Below are positions 18,242-27,850 of a stretch of DNA of 37,978 nucleotides, piece after piece. This DNA is from Candidatus Aminicenantes bacterium (GTDB taxonomy: Archaea; Nanobdellota; Nanobdellia; Woesearchaeales; JAFCCF01). The DNA lies in the NCBI GenBank assembly GCA_017610325.1, contig JAFCCF010000004.1, positions 1 through 37,978 of the forward strand, given 5' to 3'. How positions within the stretch are numbered: position 1 is the first letter of the stretch; the number at the start of each line of letters is the position of its first letter. The translations under genes and the position numbers were made by a program. A model generated the notes under the pieces. The model was not told where the DNA came from. It did no database searches and was given only the letters and a program-made list of their open reading frames with translations.

Positions 18242-18354
18242 ATGCTCAAAAATGTCGCAAGACGTTTTTGAGTCAGGTTTAAAACTCCGCCCTTTAGGGC
18301 GACATTTTTGGCATGTTAGAAATCCTCAGTAAGAAAAGTAACTAGGGATTTCTA
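18242..18354. repeat. Nested inverted-repeat element (MITE/REP-like)
   Basis: ATGCTCAAAAATGTCGC (18242) versus GCGACATTTTTGGCAT (18299-18314); internal hairpins CTCAAAAATGTC/GACGTTTTTGAG and CGCCCT-TT-AGGGCG; then TAGAAATCC/GGATTTCTA. Confidence 0.6.
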
Positions 18355-18378
18355 CCAGAATTGTTTAGGTTGTATAGA

Positions 18379-19266
18379 ATGCAGGCTTCAGACTTTCCAG
18401 AAAGAATTCAGATACAGACACACTCATACTGTAATGCTCGCTGCATCATGTGTGCGTATCCCGATACTGTTGGCACCTTCAAAGGCGGGTTTATGGATGA
18501 GGACCTGTTCGTGAAGATAATAAATGAGTGCTCCAAGCACCAGCTTGAGAAAATAGAGCTTTTCCTGATGAACGAACCGTTGATGGACAAGAGAATTGCT
18601 GACCGGATAAGATACGCAAAGAAAAAGAACCCAAATACAATCATAAGTCTGTCAACCAATGCCAGCCTTCTGGATGCTGGGCTGGCAGACAAGCTCATCT
18701 ATTCCGGCCTTGATTGGATTACCCTGAGTGTTCATGGTGTAAGCAAGGAAGTATATGAAAAGATAATGGTTGGTCTGGACCATGATAAGGTGTTCACCAA
18801 CATAAACACATTCTTGTCAAAGCTTAAAAAGAGCGGTAAACAGATTATAGTTAATCTAGTCTGCAAAGAAGCCCTGTTGTCTGAGAGTGAACAGGAACTT
18901 ACAAAGAAATACTGGGGGGAGCGCGGGCAGAAGATTCATATGGGTCTAGTAAACAACAGGGCCGGCAATGTTGAAGGGTATGATGAGCTTGTACCACAAT
19001 CCTTTGACGTGTTTCCACACTGTACAAGGCCCTTTTGGTTTGCAGGAATCCTATTCAACGGCGATGTTGTGATGTGTTGTATGGATTACAAGAGAGAGGT
19101 TATATTGGGAAATGTAAAAAATAGCTTAATCCAGGATATTTGGAAAGGCGACAAGTATACAAAACTTAGAGATGCTTTTACCAAAAAAGATAAAGAAGGT
19201 CTTTTGCTATGCAAAAAGTGTGTGATGAATAAGGTCCCAGATAAAGAACATCTTTGTAAGATTTAG
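18379..19266 (+). CDS. Radical SAM protein with SPASM-type C-terminal domain
   Basis: CNARCIMC, MNEPL, STNA, NRAG, CTRPF...NGDVVMCCMD...GN...CKKC; ATG 18379 preferred over TTG 18361. Confidence 0.9.
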   Translation: MQASDFPERIQIQTHSYCNARCIMCAYPDTVGTFKGGFMDEDLFVKIINECSKHQLEKIELFLMNEPLMDKRIADRIRYAKKKNPNTIISLSTNASLLDAGLADKLIYSGLDWITLSVHGVSKEVYEKIMVGLDHDKVFTNINTFLSKLKKSGKQIIVNLVCKEALLSESEQELTKKYWGERGQKIHMGLVNNRAGNVEGYDELVPQSFDVFPHCTRPFWFAGILFNGDVVMCCMDYKREVILGNVKNSLIQDIWKGDKYTKLRDAFTKKDKEGLLLCKKCVMNKVPDKEHLCKI

Positions 19267-19314
19267 AAAACTTTTAAATAGCTAGGCCACAATAGGAACT
19301 TTTGGGGGTTTTAT

Positions 19315-21255
19315 ATGGTTAATTTAATGCTGACCTATCATTGTAATATGAATTGCGATTTTTGTTTTGCTAAAGGTCAGAATAAACTATTCCCCCAGGA
19401 GATGAGCATTGAGAACCTTAATAAGGTTCTTAACTGGTTTGAGAAGGGTGAGGCTGGCAGGCAGCTACCACAGCAAAGGAGGAAGAAAATCTCCCTGCTT
19501 GGGGGAGAACCCACGCTTCACTCAAAATTCCTGGAGATTATTGACCTGCTCAGGCAGAGGGGCTTTAAGACCACAATATTCAGCAATGGAATTTTTCCCA
19601 GCGAGTACATAAAGCACCTTGACCATAATGTTATCAACGGCTTTGTGATTAATTATAACCCTGAGAAACACTATACCAAAGAAAATTACAAGAGAGTTCA
19701 TGAAAACCTGCGCCTTCTCTCAGAGCAGAAGTATCCAATTAAGCTGAGCTATAATATTTCCCCTACTAACTATGACCCCGGCTACATATTCAAGGCATGC
19801 AAGGAATACAACATTAATGTTTTAAGGTTTTGTATCGCAAGCCCTAATATTGACCAAAGCAACGTGTTTGCAGAATACAAAGATTATAGAAAGCTCATAA
19901 AGAAGATGATTGAGTTTGTCAAGGAAGCTAAAAAGAAGAAAATCAAACTGACTTTTGACTGTTGCATGCCCTGGTGCCTGCTTACAAAGGAAGAGCTTCT
20001 TATTATAAAAAAATATTCTCAGATTTTCAAAGGCACCTGCGACCCGCCAGCTGACATTAATCCTGACCTTTCAGTATACTACTGTCTGCCGCAGTCATGG
20101 GTCAAGGTAAAAAATGTAACTGATTTTGGCTCTGTCGATGATATGCTAAAATATTTTAAAGAGCATACAAACAAGATAAGGTGGGAATATGATACCTTTA
20201 TCGAATGTAAGGACTGTATCTACAAGAAGAGAAAGATGTGCCAGGGTGGCTGCCTGGCTATGAAAGAGAAATTTGGTTATACTGCAACAGGAAAAAGGCT
20301 GAGCAATAAAGATTTCTTTAAGGAGGACAGCTTACAGCAGCAAAAGGCAGACACCAAAGAGGAGATTACAGCCCTTAAGAAGATTGGTATCAGGATATGG
20401 GGCGGCATTGGAGACGGCATGATGTTCTCGCCAACACTACGGAAGATAAAGCAACTAAATCCCAGTATGAAAATTTACTGTGTCGGCGGCAAGAATCATA
20501 GAGAGATATTCGAAAACAGCCCTTACATTGATAAGTTTACTATATCACCTGATAATTCTGCGTTTGAAGGTGATTTTGACAAGGCATACAGCACAAACTA
20601 TAGGATTCTTGAGCCAAGCTTGAATTTCAAGAAACATGGTATAGATATAATCGCAGAGGAACTTTTTGGGATTAAGCTTGATGAGGATGAGAAAAGGATT
20701 GATGTCTTTCTTGAGAAAGAGGATGAGCAATTTGCCAAGAGGGTGATTTCAAAACATAAAAATCCTGTTATACTGGCAATATCATCCCAGACAAGCACCA
20801 ACCAAGAGTGGGATATCCAGAAATGGAAAGAGCTTGTGAGCAGGTTTGATGACTACACATTCATCCAGCTTGGTGTGCAAGGGGAGCCTCATGTAATGGG
20901 TAGTATTAATATGCTTGGCAAGACAACAGTAAGGCAGGCGGTTGCGCTTGTGAAGTACGCAAAGCTCTTTGTTGGTGTTGATAGCTTCCTGAACCATGCA
21001 ACAAATGCAACAGCAACACCAGGTGTGGTGCTGTTCGGTAACTCAACACCTGTTATATGGGGTTATAAATCAAATACTAATATATATCGAGGCTTTAGTT
21101 GTCAGCCATGCGTTGACAAGGAGGGTGGCCTTGAGCCCTGCAGCCATAAAAAGTGTTTGAATGACATCAACGTGGATGAGGTTTACTATGCGGTCAGGGC
21201 CAAATTAAGAGAACCTGTTGCTAAAATGTTAGCAGCGGGCGAGATGCAAAAATGA
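19315..21255 (+). CDS. Fusion of a radical SAM/SPASM domain and a GT9 (heptosyltransferase-like) domain
   Basis: N-terminal CNMNCDFC, LLGGEPTLH, CKDC...CQGGC; C-terminal GGIGDGMM, QEW...W, FVGVDSFLNH, VVLFG, CQPC...CL. Confidence 0.85.
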   Translation: MVNLMLTYHCNMNCDFCFAKGQNKLFPQEMSIENLNKVLNWFEKGEAGRQLPQQRRKKISLLGGEPTLHSKFLEIIDLLRQRGFKTTIFSNGIFPSEYIKHLDHNVINGFVINYNPEKHYTKENYKRVHENLRLLSEQKYPIKLSYNISPTNYDPGYIFKACKEYNINVLRFCIASPNIDQSNVFAEYKDYRKLIKKMIEFVKEAKKKKIKLTFDCCMPWCLLTKEELLIIKKYSQIFKGTCDPPADINPDLSVYYCLPQSWVKVKNVTDFGSVDDMLKYFKEHTNKIRWEYDTFIECKDCIYKKRKMCQGGCLAMKEKFGYTATGKRLSNKDFFKEDSLQQQKADTKEEITALKKIGIRIWGGIGDGMMFSPTLRKIKQLNPSMKIYCVGGKNHREIFENSPYIDKFTISPDNSAFEGDFDKAYSTNYRILEPSLNFKKHGIDIIAEELFGIKLDEDEKRIDVFLEKEDEQFAKRVISKHKNPVILAISSQTSTNQEWDIQKWKELVSRFDDYTFIQLGVQGEPHVMGSINMLGKTTVRQAVALVKYAKLFVGVDSFLNHATNATATPGVVLFGNSTPVIWGYKSNTNIYRGFSCQPCVDKEGGLEPCSHKKCLNDINVDEVYYAVRAKLREPVAKMLAAGEMQK

Positions 21256-21935
21256 GTCTGGTTGCAGTTATTCCTGCGTACAATGAGGAATCCAAGATAG
21301 CAAGCACAGTCAGCAAGACAAAGCATTATGTTGATGAGGTAGTTGTAGTTGATGACGGCTCGTCAGACAACACTGTAGGAATTGCCAGGAACAGTGGTGC
21401 CAGGGTCATATCACACAAGGCTAACAAAGGTGCTGGGGCAGCTATAAGAACTGGCTTAAAATACGCTGTTAAGAATGGCTATTCAGTTGCTGTAGTGCTT
21501 GGCGGCGATGACCAGGATAATCCTTCTGAGATTCCGCTTCTCCTTAAGGCAATTGAAGATGGCAGTGACTTTGTCCAGGGTTCAAGATACAAAAAGGGAA
21601 TAAGGAACCAGCCCCTGTTCAGGATAATCAGCACAAAGCTTTTCTCTGCTTTCTTTAGCTTTGTTGTTGGCCATAAGGTGACTGATGCTTCAAACGGCTT
21701 CAGGGCTTTCAGGACGCATATCCTGGAAAAAATTGACCTGTCACCAAAATGGCTGGACAAGTATGAGCTTGAACCATATTTACAGATTCAGGCCCTGAAA
21801 AAAGGTTACAGGTACAAAGAAGTTCCTGTCTCAAAATACTTCAACAAGGAAAAGGGCTATACAAAGATGACACCAATAATCAGCTGGTATAGGATATGCA
21901 GGCCAATGTTCAGGGAATTATTCCAAAAACCTTAG
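21252..21935 (+). CDS. GT2 glycosyltransferase (DPM1-like polyprenol-phosphate glycosyltransferase)
   Basis: VIPAYNEE, VVDDGSSDNT, NKGAGAA, GSRY, TDASNGFRAF. Confidence 0.9.
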   Translation: MSLVAVIPAYNEESKIASTVSKTKHYVDEVVVVDDGSSDNTVGIARNSGARVISHKANKGAGAAIRTGLKYAVKNGYSVAVVLGGDDQDNPSEIPLLLKAIEDGSDFVQGSRYKKGIRNQPLFRIISTKLFSAFFSFVVGHKVTDASNGFRAFRTHILEKIDLSPKWLDKYELEPYLQIQALKKGYRYKEVPVSKYFNKEKGYTKMTPIISWYRICRPMFRELFQKP

Positions 21936-21938
21936 AAA

Positions 21939-23210
21939 ATGAATGCTGAGAATTTCTCAAACATACTAGAACAGCCAGATGAGCTGGTTACTGTGAACAC
22001 TGGCAAGGTTTTGTTCTCAAACCAGATATTTGAGATTAGACTGGATTACAGGCTGAGACCGCCTTGGATGGTGCTTGACAACAGTAAAAGGTTTATTTAT
22101 ATCTCAAAATTATTCCAGCCTGTAAAAGGGGATGTGCTTGCATGGCTCTGCAAAGATGGCAGGAAATATCCTGCAGTTGTCAGGCAATCTGGTAAGATAA
22201 TATTTAATTTTGACATTGAGCAGACCATCACCAGAATCCTCCGCGAGCAGTATTTAGCCAAGAAAAGGCCCCTGATGTCAAGATTGCCCTTCCACCACCA
22301 CAGGTTTCCAGCTTCTGTCAGGGTTTGGGTCCTCAAGACCTTGAATAAATTAAAGCAGGGCAAGGTAGTTTTCCCGTCCTGGCCAGCTGACAACTCAGTT
22401 GACCTTCTGCGCTTTATGTTCATGCAGGCATTCCAGCTTGTTAGCAAAGAACAACTTAAAAAGACGAAAAAATGGCCCCTGGATGTCAAGAGCATTGTGT
22501 GCCTGAGCCATGATGTTGATACAATTGATGCGGCGAGAAACATTGAGAAGGTGGCATTTATTGAAGAGGAGTTCAATCTTAAGTCAACCTGGTTCATCAC
22601 TGGCAACAAGCTGAGCCAGAGCAAGAAAACTCTTAACTATCTGCATGACAACGGCAATGAGATTGCCCTGCATGGGCATAACCATGACTTTAAGCTTCCG
22701 TTCCTTAAAATAGAAGAGATTGAACAAAGACTGAAAATATATAGGGTGTATATGGAAGATTATAACATGACTGGGTTCAGGTCACCTGGAATGCTGAGGA
22801 CAACAGAGCTCCTGAAGGTGCTTGCTACTTATTTCAGGTATGACTCAACTTTTGTGGATACAGAGAGGTATTCATTCACAACACCTGGCGAGGGATGCTG
22901 CACAGTATTTCCGTTTAATGTTGGCCCGCTACTTGAGATTCCAGTTACACTTCCAATGGACATTTCTCTCGCAGTTGCTGGATTGTCAGAACAGCAGATG
23001 CTTGAGTTGTGGCTTAGGAAGATAAGGCTTATCAAGCAAATTGGAGGGGTTGCTGTGCTCAACACGCACACTGACTCGCACCTGAGTGCACAGCCAAGCA
23101 TGCTGAAAATATACCAGAAGCTTCTGGATACTATATCCCAAGATAAGAGTTTAAAGGTTGCCACTCTTAACAAGGTTGCAGGCTATTGGAAGAGGAGAGA
23201 TGAAGATTAG
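21939..23210 (+). CDS. Polysaccharide deacetylase (CE4-like) family protein
   Basis: LSHDVD, STWFI, EIALHGHNH, GFRSP, YDST, LEIPVTL. Confidence 0.82.
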   Translation: MNAENFSNILEQPDELVTVNTGKVLFSNQIFEIRLDYRLRPPWMVLDNSKRFIYISKLFQPVKGDVLAWLCKDGRKYPAVVRQSGKIIFNFDIEQTITRILREQYLAKKRPLMSRLPFHHHRFPASVRVWVLKTLNKLKQGKVVFPSWPADNSVDLLRFMFMQAFQLVSKEQLKKTKKWPLDVKSIVCLSHDVDTIDAARNIEKVAFIEEEFNLKSTWFITGNKLSQSKKTLNYLHDNGNEIALHGHNHDFKLPFLKIEEIEQRLKIYRVYMEDYNMTGFRSPGMLRTTELLKVLATYFRYDSTFVDTERYSFTTPGEGCCTVFPFNVGPLLEIPVTLPMDISLAVAGLSEQQMLELWLRKIRLIKQIGGVAVLNTHTDSHLSAQPSMLKIYQKLLDTISQDKSLKVATLNKVAGYWKRRDED

Positions 23211-24987
23211 GCTGAATTCATGGAAGGTTGCATTGCCTGTTTTTATATTAGTTGCTGTAATCTTTTTTTCCCCTTTCCTAAAAAACATTCAGAATCAGGG
23301 GAGTCACTATGACTGGGATCTTTATTCCTTCTATGAGGGTGCACCAAGAAAGACTATTTTGGAATACCATCAGTTCCCGCTATGGAATCCATATTATTGC
23401 GGCGGTAATGTTCTATTGGCAACACCCGAAACAAGGTTTTTATCACCTGCATTTCTGCTGGTACTGTTTTTTGGTGCTGTTGCTGGTCTTAAACTTGAGA
23501 TTGTATTGCACGTAATTATTGGAATGTTTGGCATGTGGCTGCTTGCAAGGCATTTTAAGCTTGGAAAGATATCTTCATATCTCCCCCCGTTTATCTTCAT
23601 GCTCAACTCAGCATTTATACTGCATATTAGCGCTGCGCACATAGAATGGACCTCCATTGCATTTGCACCATTTGTTTTTCTTTTTTATCTGAAGGCAATA
23701 GATTCAGACAAAAGCCCTTTTAAACTTCTAAAGGGTATTAATTTGAAATATGTTCTTGCTGCTGGCATTTTTCTTGCGCTCATGATACTTAGCGGAGCTA
23801 CATACCCTCTTCCGTTTACTGCACTTTTCTTGGGCATCTACACAATCCTTAAAACACTAAAACTAAAATCATCAAAGCCTGTAATTGTGCTGTGCTTATT
23901 GCTTATGACAGCTGTGATGCTTGGAGCAGTCAAGGTATTGCCAACTGCCGGGCTTTTGTATGAGAATCCGCGCTCTGATTCACCCAAAGTCTATTACAGG
24001 CCCAGTCTTCTGCTTGAGGGTTTGCTGAGCAAGGATCAGGCACTTGAGTCAAAACATTTTACGCAGCAGGATTTTGCAACAGCAGGGAACCTTGGCCAGG
24101 ATACCCTGCCATGGTGGGAGTATGGTATGTACATTGGTCTGGTGCCCCTGCTACTGATTGCGCTCAGCTTATTCTTTGATTTCAAGGAGAAAAAGAATCT
24201 TTTGCTGATTACACTTATTTTTATTCTTCTTGTGCTCGGAGAAAGCTTTGTGCTGTGGAAAATTCTCAGCAAGTTTCCCATCTACTCATCGCTTAGAAAC
24301 CCAGTGAGATTCTCGGTTTTTCTTATGATGCTATTTGGTTTGCTTGCAGGAGCATCATTATCAAAGCTTGAGAAAATGGGGAAATTGGCAAAGCTTGTTG
24401 TAGTTATTGTTATCGTGTATGTGCTGTTTAATCTATATGTTGTGAATCACCTGATAGCAGAAGACTTATTCGAACGCGAACCAGTACAGATAGACCCACA
24501 ACCAGAGTTCTACCATGTTATGCCGCAAGGTAGCAGGCACTTCACTGACCAGTATTCTAATATGGTGAATAACATGGGAACATTACGCTGCTATGAGGCT
24601 ATTCCTATTGCTACGATTAAAAACAGAGACCTTTGGGGTTATGTTCATACAGGAGCAGCAATTCCTAAAGGGGCTCCAGGATATATGGGTGAAGTGTTCC
24701 TTGCCAGCGCACAGGGCACAGTAGAAATTGAAAAATTTTCTCCAAACAAAGTCATTGCAGGTGTAAATGCAACAGGAGATGACTTCCTGGTGCTTAACCA
24801 AAATTATCACTATGGCTGGAAAAGTTCAGCTGGCAAGGTTGAGCAATATGAGGGTCTTGTGTCTGTTGCAGTTAGTCAAGGAACAGAAAAGGTTAAATTC
24901 TATTACCTACCCAGCTTGTTTGTTGCGGGGATGATAATTACAATACTTAGTATAATTGGGTTTGTGTATATTTGGAGGAAATCATGA
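23200..24987 (+). CDS. YfhO-like GT-C membrane protein
   Basis: FPLWNPYYCGG, many TM helices, WEYGMYIG, LRNPVRF, LVLNQNYHYGW, C-terminal TM; ATG 23200 follows GAGGAG. Confidence 0.72.
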   Translation: MKIRLNSWKVALPVFILVAVIFFSPFLKNIQNQGSHYDWDLYSFYEGAPRKTILEYHQFPLWNPYYCGGNVLLATPETRFLSPAFLLVLFFGAVAGLKLEIVLHVIIGMFGMWLLARHFKLGKISSYLPPFIFMLNSAFILHISAAHIEWTSIAFAPFVFLFYLKAIDSDKSPFKLLKGINLKYVLAAGIFLALMILSGATYPLPFTALFLGIYTILKTLKLKSSKPVIVLCLLLMTAVMLGAVKVLPTAGLLYENPRSDSPKVYYRPSLLLEGLLSKDQALESKHFTQQDFATAGNLGQDTLPWWEYGMYIGLVPLLLIALSLFFDFKEKKNLLLITLIFILLVLGESFVLWKILSKFPIYSSLRNPVRFSVFLMMLFGLLAGASLSKLEKMGKLAKLVVVIVIVYVLFNLYVVNHLIAEDLFEREPVQIDPQPEFYHVMPQGSRHFTDQYSNMVNNMGTLRCYEAIPIATIKNRDLWGYVHTGAAIPKGAPGYMGEVFLASAQGTVEIEKFSPNKVIAGVNATGDDFLVLNQNYHYGWKSSAGKVEQYEGLVSVAVSQGTEKVKFYYLPSLFVAGMIITILSIIGFVYIWRKS

Positions 24988-26372
24988 ACATTGCATTAAT
25001 ATATCCGAGGCTAAAATATCCGTCAGGCGACCCTCCACTTGGTCTTGCCTCTCTTGCATCTTCTGTTCTAACTAATCTCAAAAATGTTGAAGTGAATCTG
25101 ATTGACCTTACATTTCACGCAAGCCTTGATTATCTGAAAGATATTTTCAGGAAACATAAATATGATTTGGTCTGCCTGACAGCAGCCACAATCTTTATGC
25201 CAGATGTGCTCAAGATAGCTAAGCTGTGCAAAAAGTTGCAGCCTGGCTGTAAGATTATTATTGGCGGGCCCCATCCCTCATCTGACCCAGAGGATGCAAT
25301 AGGGCATAGGGAAATTGATGGAATTGTGATAGGTGAGGCTGAAGAAACCTGTGTTGAGATTGTAAAGGCATTTCTGGACAATGGGGAACTGTCAACTGCC
25401 AGGGGATTCTGGTTCAAGAAAGGAAAAAAGATTATCAGGAGTGAAAGAAGAGAGCCAATCAAAGACCTTGACAAGGTGCCTTTTCCAGCATGGCACCTGC
25501 TAGAGATGGAGAAATACTTTAAGTATTGGTTCCAGATGGACTGTGTATCACTTAACCTGAGAGGCACATCAATGGTTGCTTCCAGGGGCTGCCCCTATAA
25601 ATGCTCATTTTGCCAGCCTACCTTGTGGAACATGTTTGGAAGAAAAATCAGGTACAGGAGCACAGGCAATGTTGTTGATGAGATTGCTGAACTGAAAAAA
25701 AGGTATAATGTGAGTGCTGTGTGGTTTGTGGATGACACATTTACAATTGATAAAAGATGGGTCAAGGAATTCTGTGAAAAGCTGATTAACCGCAGGCTTA
25801 ATATTGTGTGGGGCTGTACAATACGAGCTAATCTTGCTGATAAAGACTTGTTGAGGCTCATGAAAAAATCAGGCTGCAGACTAATTGGAATTGGAATTGA
25901 ATCTGCAAGCCAGAGAATCCTGGATGAAATATATAATAAGAATATTAAGGTAGCTCAGGTTAAGGAGGCAGTCAGGGTAACGCACTCCTTAGGCATCAAA
26001 CTCAGGGGGCAGTTCATGATAGGTGCTCCAACCGAGACCCTGGAAGAGATTAAAAGGACAATAAGGTTTGCCTATAAGCTGGACCTTGATGAGGCAACTT
26101 TCTCGATAACATCCCCATTGCCGCACACATTCCTATATGAAATGGCTAAGAAAAAGGGCTGGCTTAATGTTAAGGGCTATTCAAGCTTTGATTATTATGA
26201 TAATTATGCATTTAAGCCAACAGCTGGCCTGGACACTAAAGCCCTTATCAAGCTGAAGAGAAAGGCGTTCATTAAGTTTTATTCCAGGCCAAGAAGGTTC
26301 ATTGCCCTGGTCAAGAACTTGCTTAACCCAAGGGCATTCAGGCACAACATGCTCAAGCTTAAGAGGTTTTGA
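24984..26372 (+). CDS. Cobalamin-binding-domain radical SAM protein
   Basis: PPLGLASLA, IIGGPHP, GEAE, SRGCPYKCSFC, GIES, FMIGAPTET. Confidence 0.92.
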   Translation: MNIALIYPRLKYPSGDPPLGLASLASSVLTNLKNVEVNLIDLTFHASLDYLKDIFRKHKYDLVCLTAATIFMPDVLKIAKLCKKLQPGCKIIIGGPHPSSDPEDAIGHREIDGIVIGEAEETCVEIVKAFLDNGELSTARGFWFKKGKKIIRSERREPIKDLDKVPFPAWHLLEMEKYFKYWFQMDCVSLNLRGTSMVASRGCPYKCSFCQPTLWNMFGRKIRYRSTGNVVDEIAELKKRYNVSAVWFVDDTFTIDKRWVKEFCEKLINRRLNIVWGCTIRANLADKDLLRLMKKSGCRLIGIGIESASQRILDEIYNKNIKVAQVKEAVRVTHSLGIKLRGQFMIGAPTETLEEIKRTIRFAYKLDLDEATFSITSPLPHTFLYEMAKKKGWLNVKGYSSFDYYDNYAFKPTAGLDTKALIKLKRKAFIKFYSRPRRFIALVKNLLNPRAFRHNMLKLKRF

Positions 26373-27850
26373 TGAAGAAGGGAAAGTGGTATAAGGACTG
26401 GCACAATATCCTCCTAGTTGTTCTGATAGTTGCATATTTCATTATCTTCTCATGTTATTCAATCCAGAGATATAATGCATACGGTGCAGGGGCATATGAC
26501 ATGGGTGCGTATATGCAGGTGCTTTGGAATGCAGGACATGGGAATGGATTAGTGAGTAATATTGAGTTCACGCACCACTTTGGTGAGTATTTTGAGCCAA
26601 TCTTATTTGTATTTGTTCCCCTCTATAAATTATTTGAGGGCCCTTTCCTGCTTTTTATCCTGCAGTCTGGTTTGATTGCATTGGGTGCCATTCCCTTGTA
26701 CCTGCTGGCTGTTATGAAGCTCAAAAATAAGATTGCTGGCTTGGTGTTTGCAGCTGCATATCTATTGTATCCATCTTTGCAGTATGTAACTTTATTTGAC
26801 TTTCATCCTGTTGCACTTGCAATTCCATTTCTGTTGTTTATGGTTTATTTTCTTGAGAAAAAGAACTATAAGCTGTACTTTGTGTTCATGCTGCTCTCGC
26901 TCAGCTGCAGGGATGATGTTGCACTTGTTGTGCTGTTCTTCTCACTGTACCTTATCTTTGTTAGGAAAATGAGGACGATAGGGGTTGCGACACTTGTTAT
27001 TAGCATAATATGGTTTGTGATAGCCTTCAGTGTAATCAGGCCAGCATTTGGCGGAACAGTTGTTACACTTGATGACCGCTATGAGACTTTTGGAACAACA
27101 TTTGGAGAAATTGTATATTCTGCCATAACAAAGCCTGGCTTAACATTCTCAACTATATTTACTGCTGAGAAAATCAGGTATATGCTTAACCTGCTCAGCC
27201 CAGCCATGTTTCTGCCGCTGCTGAGCCCTGCTGTTTTGCTTGTGACAGTGCCTTCATTGATGCAGAACCTGCTCTCTTCAAAAGTTCACACATTCTCCTC
27301 GCAGTTCCACTATGACAGCCTTATTATTCCTTTCCTGTTTATTGCAGCAGTGTATGGATTGCATAACCTTATGTTATTTCTTTCCAAGAAAAAAGAGCTC
27401 AAGAAGAATATTAAGACAATCCTTGCAATTATTCTGGTTGCACTGCTGCTCAAGTCTGTTTTAGCATTCTATGTCAGTTCTCCTATTGGCCCTAATGCCT
27501 CTTTAAAGAATAAGTTCATTGTTACTGAGCATCACAGGATTGGTAATGAGATACTTGAAGATATACCTGAAGATGCTTCAATCCTCACAACAACATCTAT
27601 CATGCCGCATGTTGCCCATCGCAAAGATGCATTTATATTTAACCGCGGTGCTGAAGGCCAATATGTGCTGTTTGACATAACCAAGCCTTTCCCTTACTCT
27701 GATGAGCAACTAAAACAGAAGATTATATCATATGTAAGGCAGGATGATTATGGGGTAGTGCTTGTCAGGGATGGGTATGTGATGTTCAGGAAAGGAGTAG
27801 CTGATGATGATAATGTGTTGGATAAGCTGAATAAGGGGGGTTTTAGTTGA
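26372..27850 (+). CDS. DUF2079-like membrane protein (putative GT-C glycosyltransferase)
   Basis: AYDMGAYMQVLWN, HFGEYFEP, FDFHPV, CRDD, QFHYD, PHVAHR; multiple TM helices. Confidence 0.8.
   Translation: MKKGKWYKDWHNILLVVLIVAYFIIFSCYSIQRYNAYGAGAYDMGAYMQVLWNAGHGNGLVSNIEFTHHFGEYFEPILFVFVPLYKLFEGPFLLFILQSGLIALGAIPLYLLAVMKLKNKIAGLVFAAAYLLYPSLQYVTLFDFHPVALAIPFLLFMVYFLEKKNYKLYFVFMLLSLSCRDDVALVVLFFSLYLIFVRKMRTIGVATLVISIIWFVIAFSVIRPAFGGTVVTLDDRYETFGTTFGEIVYSAITKPGLTFSTIFTAEKIRYMLNLLSPAMFLPLLSPAVLLVTVPSLMQNLLSSKVHTFSSQFHYDSLIIPFLFIAAVYGLHNLMLFLSKKKELKKNIKTILAIILVALLLKSVLAFYVSSPIGPNASLKNKFIVTEHHRIGNEILEDIPEDASILTTTSIMPHVAHRKDAFIFNRGAEGQYVLFDITKPFPYSDEQLKQKIISYVRQDDYGVVLVRDGYVMFRKGVADDDNVLDKLNKGGFS

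Noticed and set aside
18313-18378. In-frame TAG readthrough (pyrrolysine) extending the 18379 radical SAM gene from ATG 18313
   Set aside because: The extension lies inside a palindromic element, the domain is complete from 18379, and no pyl genes are present
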